Positions 1 through 13,382 of a stretch of 64,000 bases of DNA are shown one piece after another. The notes below the pieces were generated by a model. It searched no databases and was not told the DNA's origin. It was given only the letters and a program-made list of their open reading frames with translations. The DNA is taken from the NCBI GenBank assembly GCA_965235115.1, contig OZ249440.1, positions 32,180,001 to 32,244,000 of the forward strand. The letters are read 5' to 3'. This stretch comes from Laetmonice hystrix. Its lineage: Eukaryota. The stretch's first letter is position 1, and every line of letters starts with the position of its first letter. A program made the position numbers and the translations under genes.

Positions 1-1399
1 TTGATGTGTTCAGCCTTGCCTGCGTGACTGGGGATATAAAGGAGCCCTTGAAATTTTACGAAAAGAGTAGGAGATTTCTTTCCAGTGACTCATTTTTCTG
101 GGGCGGGACCGTTAATTCGACAGCCCCTTGGTCCGACAGACCAATCCACTATGGGTTAGAGTTAAGGATAGGTTTAGGGCTAGTTGTATTCGGTTTTAGG
201 TCAAAGTGGGTTGTCGGATTATTAAGATCTCGGACTAAGGGACCTAGAGCCATTTTTCCCACTTCATCCTGACCATCACCACCTAGGACTTGGGGCTATA
301 ATAGGTCACTCGACTGAAGAATATGCAGGGGCAGATCCAGGATTCTGCAAGGGGGGGGGGTTCGAATTTTGTTTAATTTTCTAATAGTCCCCCATATACC
401 ATGCGAGCGCCGAAGGCACAAAGCCTTGAGTAGGGGGCCTCCTCCAGAAAGATTTGAAAATTAAAGTCATATTATAGCGTGAAATGTAAGAAAGTTTTAG
501 CGATTTTCTAATATTACTTCCTGCATGTTACCAAAGACATGTACAAATATTTGCAAAGTCAAATAGGGACAATACCTGCTTGTTACCTGCAGTACAACCG
601 AAAATCGCAATCAATCGAAAGAAAAACGTGCAATGATTCCACCACCATTGGATTTGAACTGGAAGGGAATTCCCTCACGTGACTTTCTACACAGTTATTA
701 ATGACGCAGCCAAACAAGATGGCGTCATCATCGTCCAGCAAGCCAAATAGCGATTAGCCAGCAGAAATAGCCCAGACATAACTAATACAACGAAATATAT
801 CTGTACCATCTGTCGTATTCACATTATGTAGACAGGAGGGGGGGACGAGTGGGCCTGCAAGGTTGATATTTTTTGCTGTTGACAATCCGGCATAAGAGGG
901 TTTCACCGGTTGTAATCTCCTCTTCTGCCCTGGGCCTCGCCGCCCGGCGTGCTCAGTCACCGTGCACGGCCGTAAATAGACCAGTCATACATAGTGGTTG
1001 AGTAACCAGCTTTCGCACTGGTTGGAAATGTATTCCATGAAACGAATTGGGTCAGTGCCTTAAGCTGGTCGAAGGCTGATGGAATGTGTTCCGCGGGGAG
1101 GTAGGGAAGGGACAGGACGGTTTGGACATAGGCCTACCGGGAACACACGAGCAGAAGGGCCGGTGTGGTGGGCGAGTGAGTGAGTGAGTGAGTAGTGGTG
1201 GTTTTCCGCCGTGTCAGCATCTGGGGCCATCTTCATGGCGAAAACAGGGTTAAAAGACCATGAAATGAAAGGAACCTATTTTATCCCGGGCCCCAACGGG
1301 AATATCATTGAAACAGATTCCATCCTGTCAGCCCAACCGGGCTATCGACGAGCCTGAACTATAAAAGAGTCAGAAGTCCAGCTTCTGACAAAAACTCAC

Positions 1400-4300
1400 T
1401 CCTGGTCTGACATTGTTAAAAAGATCCTTAAGACTTGTCTCACTATAAAACCGTTGTCTCATCAGAGTAAAATCACCACACTCAAGTAAAAGATGCTTCA
1501 GTGTCAAAGGACATTGACAGCCATGACATTCCGGAGGTGGCTCCCCCCTTCAATAAAAACACATGAGTTAATCTAGAATGACAAACTCTGCATCGAGTAA
1601 AAACAATTTCATGCCTACGTTGGGTTAGGCCATGACGGTACCTTTGGTTCACGACTGGACTGATCTGATACAAATTATTTTTTGGTTGTTCATCCCATTC
1701 AGCCTGCCATTTGTTCCTAACGTAAGCCCAGATGGCAGGTCTGAGATCAGAGGCAGGGATTGGACACAGTTCGACGTCTGTTTCAAGAGCCCTCTTGGCA
1801 GTTTTGTTAGCTTGCTCATTGCCCGGGATGCCAACAGCAAAATTGAATATCAAAGTTTGCATTGGCAAGCACTGCCAACTGGGACAAGATTTGAACGATC
1901 ACTGGGTGATCTGTGTTCAAGTTACAAGTGCTTGTAGACAGGATAAGGAATCCGAGAAAATGAGGAAGTCCTTTTCACTAGAAACTTCAATATTTTGAAG
2001 GGCAAGAAGCAGGGCCCGGGCCTCTGCTGAGAAAATGGAGCTTTGCCCCGAGATGCGGGTGCCGAAGGTGTGCTTGCCATGAACTGCTGCTGCAGACACA
2101 TCATTGCCATCCTTTGAGCCATCAGTATAGAAGGCATAATGTGACGGATACCTTGCCTGGACATCAAGAAAATGTTCAAAATATGTTAGGGGATGAGTCT
2201 CCGACTTCTTCAGTTGAGCCAACTGAAGAATGACATTAGGCTTTTCCAGGTCCCAAGGAGGGATGGTACAAAAATGTGCCTGTCCCAAGACGTTTAGATC
2301 AACATCCAGCCCCTCTAGATGAGGTTTGACCCTCAGTCCAAAAGCCGAAAAGGACGCCGAAAAGGACGCATGTACGTTTCCCTTTGCTCATACAAATGTT
2401 GGAACTGAGGGTGAAAAACGCAATTGTAAGCTGGATTTGAACTGTTTGTCCCGAGCTTGACTGCATACTGCAGAGCCAGCTTCAGACGCCTGTTGTCAAG
2501 CGAGGGCTCTCTGGCCTCCACATAGAGGCTCTGAACAGGAGACGTTCTAAAAGCCCCAAGTGAAAGCCGCAAACCCTGGTGGTGAACCGTGTCCAAAAGC
2601 CGAATGTAGGACTTACAAGCAGAACCATAAACTATGCTGCCATAATCGAGCTTCGAACGGATTAAAGCTCTGTAGAGTTGTAAAAGGACTGTACTGTCTG
2701 CACCCCAGTTTGTACCAGATAGAACCTTGAGAACATCCAGAGCCTTAAGGCATCTGGATTTGAGTGATTTAATGTGAGGAATAAAAGACAGCTTGCTGTC
2801 AAAAGTGAGTCCCAGAAACTTTGTCTCTTTAACAACCTTGATAGGATCTCCATCCATTGTCAACTCAGGGTCAAGGTGGAAAGCACACAGTTTGCAGAAA
2901 TGCATGCAGACCGTTTTAGATTTTGAAAATTTAAAACCATTTTCCACCGACCAAGTGTGGATTCTGTTGAGACAGAGTTGGAGCTGCCTCTCAATGGCAT
3001 TCATGTTTTTGCCTCTGCAGCAGACGTCAAAGTCATCGACGAACAGGCTGCAGGCATGCCAGTTTTAACCGAGTTAACAATGCTGTTGATCTTAATACTA
3101 AAAAGGGTAACGGACAAAATGCTTCCCTGAGGCACTCCTAATTCCTGGTCGTGTAAGTCAGACAGGGTCGTGCCTACTCTGACTTGAAAATGTCTGTTGG
3201 ATAAAAACTGAGATATGAAAAGGGGCAAACGCCCCCTAAAACCCATATCATGTAAATATTTTAAAATGCCGTACTTCAATGTTGTGTCGTATGCCTTTTC
3301 AAAAAAAAAGACGGCAACAACATGTTCACGGTTGATAAAAGCATCTCGGACGTATGTCTAGAGTCTGATCAGATGATCGAGAGTACTTCTCCCTTGCCAG
3401 AAGCCACACTGAGACTCGGTTATGAGCTGCTCAGACTCCAGCTTCCAGACGAGGCGATCATTAATCATCCATGGTTTTGCACAAGCAACTTGTTAAGGCT
3501 ATTGGTCTGTAGTTGTTAGCTTCACTATGGTCTTTTCCTGGTTTTGGGATGGGGATGATTATTGCTTCTTGCCAGGAAAGGGGTATATTACCAGTTATCC
3601 AGATATTGTTGAAGATGTGAAGAAGGATGAGGAGGGTGGTGTCGGGTAGATGTTTTAAGAATTGGTAATGTATTTTATCAGGTCCAACTGCAGTGTCGTG
3701 TGATTTTTTAAGAGAGCATCTTAGTTCTTCAATGGAGAAGAGTTGGTTATACTCTTCTCTGTTGTCAAAGTTAAAGTTTAGTTTCTGTTTCTCTTTACGA
3801 GCACGAATGGCTTGGAATTGAGGGAGGCAGTTCCTGGAGGAGGAGTTTGTTTGAAATGTTTCGTCTAGTTTGTTTGCTATTGCATCTGTGGTGGTTAATA
3901 AGGTGTCTTGATGTTCTAAGTGTTGAACTCCAGTACCACCTCCCTTGCCTTTAAGTTTCCGTATCATGTTCCAGATTTTTGTGATGGGAGTACAAGAGGT
4001 CAGGCTGGACAGATACGGCGTGCCCGTGCTCTCATGATTTTAAAATTAGTAAGGTTCACTGCAGTTGGGTGCCTGTTAAAAAGGCGTTCTGCTTTCTTCC
4101 GGTCTTTAATTGCCTGCTTGCATTCATCATTAAACCATGGATTTGAGACATGATTAGGAATTGTCGAGGTTTTAGGAACTGTCCTGTCTGCAATGGAGAT
4201 TAAAAGCGAGGTAAAATCATCCATTGCTTCAGGATCATTAATGGTGTCTGCTCTGAATTCCTCCCGACAGAGGGTCTGGAAGGAGTGCCAGTCCGCTTTC

Positions 4301-4998
4301 TTAAGTTGCCACCTTTGTTGTTATTCCCCAATGTTGGGTCCTTCATAGGTAAGAATGGTGGGAAAGTGGTCACTCCCGCAAAGGTCATCCCAGACCCTCC
4401 AAGAGAAATCCAGCAGCAGATCTGGTTCAGCTATTGCAAGTTCAATGGCTGTTTAGGTGCCATGACCAGGATGTAGGTATGTGTTTGAACCATCATTAAA
4501 AATGCATAGAGCATGATTATCAATGAACTCTTCAATCCTCTTGCCCTTGCCATCAGTTGTGGTGCCACCCCATAAGGGATTCTGGCCGTTAAAGTCTCCC
4601 AAAAGGAGATATGGGGATGGTAGTTGACCCACTAGATCATCAAGATCCTGCTGGGTCAAGACACTGTTTGGCGGAATATATAGGGAACAGATAGTGATGG
4701 CTTTATGCAGAGTTAGGCGAATGGCTATTGCTTGTAACGGTGTGTCTATTGTTACAGGGCTATGGATGAGGTCTTGTCGAACCAGAATGGCAGTGCTGCC
4801 AGCAGCACGGTCACCATCTGGTGCAAAACCAAAGAAAGTCTGATAGCCCTTAAATGAGACCTTGTCTCGGGCAGTAAGAAATGTTTCTTGTAGGCAAAGG
4901 GTAAGAGGGTTGAGGTTTTCTGCTAAAAGTCTGAGTTCATTAAAATTGGCGCTAAAACCTCGACAATTCCATTGAAGGAAGCATTTGCCTGCCATCAA
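1400..4998 (-). pseudogene. LINE ORF2 (APE endonuclease - reverse transcriptase - RNase H), frameshifted
   Basis: APE motifs QWNCRG, LQET, LLGDFN, SDHFP (4300-4998); RT motifs GPDKIHY, NYRPIALTS, GVPQGSILS, KFLGLTFDSKL (2333-3967); RNase H motifs YTDGS, SAEARA, SDSLS, GIPGNEQA (1780-2288). Confidence 0.93.
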
Positions 4999-5597
4999 GG
5001 TGGTTTAACAGGCAAACGCCCCCTAGATTTTATTTTTGGGGAAAGGCTGCGACTACGACAAGTCGTATCATCAGCCATTTCAACCTCTTGAAGATGCTGA
5101 AATTTGTTTGTAAGTGCTATTGCACTATTGTTGGAGGCTGCCTTGGGCAGCAGATCTGTGATTATTTTCTTTTTTGGTTGATCTTTTTTGGTAGATGGCT
5201 CTTTTGTACTCGGTTGATCTTTTAGGTGGTTAATTTGTGCTGTCAGCGGGATCAGGGTAGGTCACAGGTTTATCCCCCTTCACCCACACCATCTCCGTTT
5301 GACAAGCCAAAGTCCGTGTGGTAGGCTTAACAGCGGCAGCATAGGTTTTAACTGTTGGTGGAAGCATATATTGCTAAACTAAGTTTTCTTTCTGTTTTAA
5401 CCTTTAGGATTTCTTTCTCCTTCTTCCACACGGAACATTCGCGTGAAACAGTGGAATGACCCTGACCGCAGTTGGCGCATTTGGCGGGTTTTTCACAGCC
5501 AGTATGGTCATGGCCTGTTTCAGCGCACTGAGAACATTTTTGTTCATTTCTACATGAGTCGGTCCCATGCCCAAACCTCTGGCACTTTTACCTTTAA

Positions 5598-6011
5598 GCT
5601 GGGTTTATACTTTTGACGCCGTTGCCCGCCGTTATACGCCAGCATACGCACGCAGCCGGCGGCTGCGGGCGTTCGCCAGCGCATAGGTTTATAGTTTCCA
5701 CGCTGGCAAGTACACGCCGTATAACGGCGCATGTCGGCGTAACTGTGTTGAACTTTCAAGATGTGCGCTGGCATACGGCGGCAATTCAGCCAATCAAAAG
5801 TAGCCAAATTAGGTCAAATTACGATTTTGCCGCGCGGAGCCTTGAGGATAGGTCGGCGCTTGCGAGCGTTTGCGAGCGTGAGTTTAGACTTGGGGGAGTG
5901 ACGCTAGACGTGCGGTCATGTCTGCCGGCACTCGCTAGCTGACGTCGCCAACCGGCGTAGCGTATGCTCGCGTATTACGGCGGCCGACGGCGTCAAAAGT
6001 ATAAACCCAGC
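5598..6011. mobile_element. MITE (non-autonomous DNA transposon) inserted in LINE ORF1
   Basis: TIR GCTGGGTTTATACTTTTGACGCCGT at 5598 and its reverse complement ending 6011, with imperfect extension to ~60 bp; flanked by TTAA (also readable as a TA TSD). The empty site is visible in LINE copy 2 near 8425-8445. Confidence 0.9.
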
Positions 6012-6241
6012 TTAAGAAAGCCAATCTCGAGTTCATCTGGTAGAGTGGGCCTGTCGAATGTCAGAAAATATGTGTGTGTCTTGATGTTGTTACCATCTCG
6101 TTTCACTATCAATCTTCTGATTTCCGACACACCTTTTGAGCTCAACCCAGCAAGGATCTCCTGTTCAGTTGTCATGTCAAGAGAGTTTGTTCTAATAACA
6201 CCCTTGCTGGAGTTGAGTGTCCAGTGACGAGAGGCCTTAAT

Positions 6242-7026
6242 AGAGAGTTTTAGCAACCAAACGTATCTTAGCAACGCTAACCCAAGTTTTCTGTGTATGA
6301 CGTCATCACTCTGCGCGATCCTGCATAGGTAATAAGCGATATGCGTCCGTCAACAATGTAACGGAGCCTGTTTATATGTACATGATCTACCCATCGTATT
6401 TGTGTTTAATTTAAGAGAAGTATGATTTATTAATTTAAGAGAAGTATGATTTATTAAACATCAAAGATGCAATCTCCAAGGTATTCTCTTTCAATTGATA
6501 TCTACAATTAGATAATACATTTCGATTTAATTATGCGACAACGGCTCTTAAGTGGACGATGTCTGACCCTTGGGACCTCGCGGGAAGACCGGGAAGAAGG
6601 TGACTGGTAGCCTGTGACCTTGCCCGGCCTTGGTCGCTGTGAGGCCGGACGGAAAGAGGGTCTGTGTCGTGGTCTGAGATCTCCGCGGTCTCAAATCTCC
6701 GGCAGGTCAGATCTGTATTGCCGTGTGAGACCGGCAGAGATCTGAGTACGCGACACCTGCTTTCCATGTATGTGAAACATGGAAATGATAATTTCTTCGA
6801 GATGATGCATAACCTCACACCTCTGTTGGTGTTAGTATTTGTGTAAAGTAATTCAAACCTAATTTCTGCTTAAAATATAGGTCTACATAACAGTAACTGC
6901 CCCAATACCGTGAGTAGCATCAGCTAAAACTCATTTTGGTCAGCCCAACGTACGTTGACTGCGCACGCAACAACAATACGTTTACGTTAGCGTTCCGCGG
7001 ATGCGTGCTGTCTGCTAAAACTCTCT
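6242..7026. mobile_element. MITE with AGAGAGTTTTAGCA TIR (ISL2EU/Harbinger-like) inserted in LINE ORF1
   Basis: 14-bp perfect TIR with imperfect extension (ACGYATC...AACGCTAAC), AT on both flanks; empty site in copy 2 at ~8205-8230. Superfamily assignment is tentative. Confidence 0.8.
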
Positions 7027-7805
7027 ATTACTGTAACCTGCGAGTACTGTGGCACTCAGCAGGTTTGCAGATTGGGCCTTCATGGCACACTCTACCAACA
7101 GTTGTCCAGACCTCAAACGTTTACAATCTTTGACTGTTCCAGCTATCCCCAATATGCCTTTATGTATGGCAAAAGGGGATAGCTTAGGTATTGGTCGTTC
7201 AGCTTCTGCCGATTCAACAATGATGAAACGGGGCCATTTCGTCAAGTGTTCATTCTCCATAGACCGGTCCGAGTCAGAGTCCGTTAGTTTCAGTAGTTTT
7301 CTTTTGGGGGGATTGTTTGATGCCATGTTTGTGTTAGATTGTTTCACCAACCCTATTCCCCACCCTCCACGGAGCCCAACAAGGGGAAGTGCAGAGCTGC
7401 GGTAACCAGCAGTTGCAAACCAAGGATATAGGGTTAGTATACTCAAGCAATGGAACGAAAGAGGGTGTTGCCATTACTTGATTGACCCTAAGCCACTGCC
7501 TTCTAGGAATAAAGAAGAAATAGTTACGATAGATGTTGCCTATTGTATAAGAGAATTAAATTCACTGTAAAGCGTTAATACAAAAAATCCTAGGGCAAGG
7601 CGTGACCAGCCGATTGATTGGATCGGGCCTCTCCAACCTCCCGTCTAGGTGAAGTAGGAGCCAAAGCACCGTGTTGGACCTGTGAAAAGCCACAGCAATT
7701 CACCGTCCTCAGGTACCAAGACCTCTTCCTCCACTGACACGAGTCGCGACTCACAGCAAACAAGTCACCCCATTTATTCGCGGAAAACCACCACTACTCA
7801 CTCAC

Positions 7806-10800
7806 TCAATCGAGTAATGGCAACACCCTCTTTCATTCCATTGCTTGAGTATACCAACCCTATATCCTTGGTTTGCAACTGCTGGTTACCGCAGCTATGC
7901 ATTTCACCTTGTTGGGGTTCGTGGAGGGAGGGGAATAGGGTTGGTGAAACAATCTAACACAAACATGGCATCAAACAATCCCCCCAAAAGAAAACTACTG
8001 AAACTAACGGACTCTGACTCGGACCGGTCTATGGAGAATGAACATTTGACGGAATGGTCTCGTTTCATCATTGTTGAATCGGCAGAAGCTGAACGACCAG
8101 TATCTAAGCTATCCCCTTTTGCCATACATAAAGGCATATTGGGGATAGCTGGATTGTAAACGAAGGCCCAATCTGCGAACCTGCTGAGTGCCACAGTACT
8201 CGCAGGTTACAGTATTAAGGCCTCTCGTCACCGGACACTCAATTCCAGCAAGGGTGTTATTAGAACAAACTCTCTTGACATGACAACTGAACAGGAGATC
8301 CTTGCTGGGTTGAGCTGGCAAGGTGTGTCAGAAGTCAGAAGATTGATAGTGAAACGAGATGGGAACACCATCAAGACACACACATATTTTCTGACAGGCC
8401 CACTCTACCGGATGAACTCGAGATTGGCTTTTTAAAGGTAAAAGTTGATCCCTACATCCCAAATCCTCTGCGTTGCTTCAAGTGCCAGAGGTTTGGGCAT
8501 GGGACCGACTCATGTAGAAATGAACAAATGCGCCAACTGCGGTCAAGGTCATTCCACTGTTTCACGCGAATGTTACGTGTGGAAGAAGGAGAAAGAAATC
8601 CTAAAGGATAAAACAGAAAGAAAACTTAGTTTCCCTGAGGCACGAAAGTTGGTGGAGCAATAAAACCTATGCTGCCGCTGTTAAGCCTACCACACGGACT
8701 TTGGCTTGTCAAACGGAGATGGTGTGGGTCAAGGGGGATAAACCTGTGACCTACCCTGATCCCGCTGACAGCACAAATGAACCACCTAAGAAAGCCGTCT
8801 CGAGTCAGCCACCTAAAAAGCCGCCTCAACACAGAGCCAGACAACCTCGGTTCCTCCTCCACAGGCCGGGCCGAGTACCAAAGAACCATCTCCGAAAAAA
8901 GATCAACTGAGTACCAAAGAGCCACCTACAAAAAAAGATCAACCAAAAAAGAAAATAATCACAGATCTGCTGCCCAAGGCAGCCTCCAACAATAGTGCGA
9001 TAGCACTTACAAACAAATTTCAGCATCTTCAAGATGTTGAAATGGCTGATGCTACGACTTGTCGTAGTCGCAGACTTTCTCCCCCAAATTAAATCTAGGG
9101 GGCGTTTGCCTGTTAAACCACCTTGATTGCAGGTAAATGCTTCCTTAAGTGGAATTGTCGAGGTTTTAGAGCCAATTTTAATGAGCTCAGACTTTTAGCA
9201 GAAAACCTCAAACCTCTTGCTCCCTGCCTACAAGAAACATTTCTTACTGGCCGAGACAAAGTCTCATTTAAGGGCTATCAGACTTTCCTTGGTTTTGCAC
9301 CAGATGGTGACCGTGGTGCTGGCGGCACTGCCATTCTGGTTCGACAAGACCTCATCCATAGCCCTGTTACAATAGACACACCATTACAAGCAATAGCCAT
9401 ACGCCTAACTCTGCATAAAGCCATCACTATCTGCTCCATATACATTCCCCCAAACAGTAACTTGGCCAACCAGGATCTTAATGATTTAGTGGGTCAACTG
9501 CCAACTCCGTATCTCCTTTTGGGAGATTTTAATGGCCACAGTCCCTTATGGGGGGCACCACAACTGGTGGCAAGGGCAAGAGGATTGAAGAGTTCATTGA
9601 TAATCATGCTCTATGCCTTTTTAATGATGGTTCAAACACATACCTACATCCTGGTCATGGCACCTATACAGCCATTGACCTTGCAATAGCCAAACCAGAT
9701 CTACTGCTGGATTTCTCCTGGAGGGTCTTAGACGACCTATGCGGGAGTGACCACTTTCCCACCATCCTTAGATATGAAGGACCCAGCATAGGGGAAAAGC
9801 AACAAAGGTGGCAACTTAAAAAAGCCGACTGGCACTCCTTCCAGGCCCTCTGTCGGGAGGAATTCACAGCAGACACCATTAATGATCCTGAAGCAATGGA
9901 GGATTTTACCTTGCTTTTAATCTCCATTGCAGACAGCACAGTTCCTAAAACCTCGACAATTCCTAAACATGTCTCAAATCCATGGTTTAATGAAGACTGC
10001 AAACAATTAAAGATCGGAAAAAAACAGAACGCCATTTCAACAGGCATCCAACTGCAGTGAACCTTACCAATTTTAAATTTATGAGAGTGAAGGCACGCCG
10101 TATCTGCAAAGAGAGATGGAGGCAGAGCTGGAGAGACTACGTCTCCAGCCTGACCTCTTGTACTCCCATCACAAAAATCTGGAACATGATACGGAAACTT
10201 AAAGGCAGGGGAGGTGGTACTGGAGTCCAACACTTAAAACATCAAGACACCTTACTAACCACCACAGATGCAATAGCAAACAAACTAGCTAAAACATTTC
10301 AAACCAACTCCTCCTCCAGGAACTGCCTCCCTCAATTCCAAGCCATTCGTGCTTATAAAGAGAAACAGAAACTAAACTTCAACTCTGACAACAGAGAAGA
10401 GTATAACCAACTCTTCTCCATTGAAGAACTACGATGCTCTCTAGGAGGTTCGAGGGTATTTTCGAAATTAATGATATCCGCCTGATTTTTTTCACAGTTT
10501 GTAGTCCTTACGATGCAGGTTTCAAATCTAAATTTTTTTTAGGGGGTCCCCGAGTTAGTTTTTTTTCTAAAAAATAAAAAAGATGGAGAAATGTTTACTG
10601 TGGCCGCCTATGGGAAATCAAGGTTTTTTCAAGCATTTTGTCCATTTTTATTGATAAATTAATTTTAGATATGGCTAAAACTGCAGTATATTATAATTCA
10701 AAGGGTATACTTCGTAAAAAGAAAAAGAAAAAGGGGGTCCCGACTTAATTTTTGAGCTAGACGCCCCTGAAGTGACAGCCCCACGTGATGTGCACGCTGC

Positions 10801-13382
10801 TCTGGCCCGGGCCGCCGTGGGCTCTCCCGGGACCCTGTAGGCATGCCCCGGCGTTAACACGTGTAGGCTATAAGGAGGCGCGCCATTTACTCAAACTTTG
10901 CACTAGCTTTAGATCATAATTATGAACCTTTGTATATGTGACAGTTTCATAATGATTCATAGCCGAGTTTATGAAAAATTTCGAGTTCAAAATGAGTGCG
11001 TGTCAGCAGCGGTATAGCGATGGCAGCTTCCCTCTCGCTGGGACGGCCACACCGCTGGCACCACTGTCCGCCCCCCACCCGGTCGGCCCGATTCCGGAGC
11101 GCGTAAACAGTGTCGTAATGCGGACAACTCACACGGAAAACCAAATTTTAATCATCAGAAATACTTTTCTTACAGTTACTGAGAAGTACTGTATAAGAAT
11201 TTTACCAAACAAAGTATAAAATATGGATAGGCAGCATGTCGTAAAATGTGGCTGAGCAAAGCCCGAAGTTGGCAGCTGAGAAATACACTCGAACCTCCTT
11301 AAAAAATCACACGACACTGCAGTTGGACCTGATAAAATACATTACTAATTCTTAAAACACCACCCTTCTCATCCTTCTTCACATTTTCAACAATATTTGG
11401 ATAACTGGTAATATACCCCTTTCCTGGCAAGAAGCAATAATCATCCCCATCCCAAAACCAGGAAAAGACCATAGTGAAGCTAACAATTACAGACCAATAG
11501 CCTTAACAAGTTGCTTGTGTAAAACCATGGAGAGAATGATTAATGATCCCCTCGTCTGGAAGCTGGAGTCTGAGCAACTCATCTCTGGGTTTCAGTGTGG
11601 CTTCCGGCGATGGAGAAGTACTCTCGATCATCTCATCTTGACTTGAGACATACATCCGAGATGCTTTTATCAACCGTGAACATGTTGTTGCCGTCTTTTT
11701 TGACCTTGAAAAGGCATACGACACAACATGGAAGTACGGTATTTTAAAAGATTTACATGATATGGGTTTTAGGAGGCGTTTGCCCATTTTTATATCTCAG
11801 TTTTTATCCAACAGACATTTTTAAGTCAGAGTAGTCACTACCCTCTCTGACTTGCATGACCAAGAATTGGGCGTGCCTCAGGGAAGCATTCCGGCAGCCT
11901 GTTCGTCGATGACTTTGACGTCTGCTGCAGAGGCAAAAACATGAAAACATTGAGAGACAGCTCCAACTTTGTCTCAAAAGAATCCACACTTGGTCCCTGG
12001 AAAACGGTTTTAAATTTTCAAAATCTAAAACAGTCTGCAAACTGCGTGCTGTCGACCTTGACCCCGAGTTGACAATGGATGGAGATCCCATCAAAGTTGT
12101 TAAAGAGACAAAGTTTCTAGGTCTCACTTTTGACAGCAAGCAGTCTTTTATCCCTCACATTAAATCACTCAAATCCAGATCCCTTAAGGCTATGGATGTT
12201 ATCAAGGTTTTATCTGGGACAAACTGGGGTGCAGACAGTACAGTCCTTTTACAACTGTACAGAGCTTTAATCCGGTCGAAGCTCGATTATGGCAGCATAG
12301 TTTATGGTTCTGCTTGGAAGTCCTACATTCGGCTTTTGGACACGGTTCACCACCAGGGTTTGCGGCTTTCACTTGGGGCTATTAGAACGTCTCCTGTTCA
12401 GAGCCTCTGTGTGGAGGCCAGAGAGCCCTCGCTTGACAACAGGCGTCTAAAGCTGGCTCTGCAGTATGCAGTCAAGCTCAGGACATACAGTTCAAATCCA
12501 GCTTACAATTGCGTTTTTCACCCTCAGTTCCAACATTTATATGAAAAGGGCAAAGTTCCATCTTCTCAGCAGAGGCCCGGGCCCTGCTTCTTGCCCTTCA
12601 AAATATTGAAGTTTCTGGCAAAAAGGACTTCCTCATTTTCTCGGATTCCATATCCTGTCTGCAAGCACTTGCTAACTTGAACACAGATCACCCAGTGATC
12701 GTTCAAATCTTGTCCAAGTTGGCAGTGCTTGCCAATGGAAACTTTGATATTTACTTTTGCTGGGTGCCCGGCCATGTTGGCATCCCAGGCAATGAGCAAG
12801 CCGACAGAACTGCCAGGAGAGTGCTTGATACAGACGTTGATCCATGTCCATTCCCAGCCTCTGACCTCAGACCTACCATCTGGGCTTACGTTAAGAACAG
12901 ATGGCAGGCCGAATGGGATGAACAACCAAACAATAAATTGTATTAGATAAGTCCCATCGTGAACCAAAGGTGTCGTCACAGCCTAACCCCATGTAGGCAT
13001 GAAATTGTTTTTACTCGATGCAGGATTAGTCATTCTAGATTAACCCATGTGTTTTTATTGAAGGGGGAGCCACCTCCAGAATGTTGTGGCTGTCGGTGTC
13101 CTTTGACACTGAAGCATCTTTTACTCGAATGTGGTGATTTTACTCTCATCAGACAAAGGTTTTATAATGAGACAAGTCTGAAGGATCTTTTTAGCAATAT
13201 CAGACCAGGAGTGATTTAGAGTTCTTGTCAGAGGCTGGACTTCTGACTCTTTTATAGATGTGTTTTGGTGGTGTTCCCGTTGGGACTCAGGATAAAATAG
13301 GTTCCTTTGGTCTTATAACTCTGTTTTCGTCGTGAAGATGGCCCCGGATGCCGATACGGCGCACAACCACTCACTCATTCAT
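7806..13382 (+). mobile_element. Second copy of the same I/Nimb-like LINE, decayed, lacking the distal 5'UTR
   Basis: ORF1 fragments 7965-9100, APE 9123-9790, RT 10057-12545, RNase H C-terminal part (WVPGHVGIPGNEQAD) 12677-12946, C-terminal CxxC..HxxxxC 13080-13135, 3' tail ACCACTCACTCATTCAT. Internal deletions near 11890 and 12548. Confidence 0.95.
10444..11298. mobile_element. Non-autonomous DNA transposon, Kolobok-like, inserted in LINE copy 2 RT
   Basis: TIR GGAGGTTCGAG(G/T)GTATTT at both ends; TTAA on the right (11299-11302), left TTAA eroded. Interrupts the RCSLKKSHDTAVGPD codons that are intact in copy 1. Confidence 0.8.

Larger units (their letters stand above)
5010..7326 (-). pseudogene. 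LINE ORF1 (gag-like nucleic-acid-binding protein), interrupted
   Basis: MASNNPPKRK...LSPFAIHKGI...LRSGQLLVE (7015-7326), TLNSSKGVI...LTFDRPTLPDELEIGF (6015-6235), then Cys/His knuckle remnants near 5430-5580. Confidence 0.85.
1174..7780 (-). mobile_element. Non-LTR retrotransposon (I/Nimb-like LINE with RNase H), near full length, decayed; copy 1
   Basis: Minus-strand order 5'UTR, gag-like ORF1, APE, RT, RNase H, 3'UTR ending CGGAAAACCACCACTAC(TCAC)n (1174-1210). Many frameshifts and two MITE insertions in ORF1. Confidence 0.95.
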
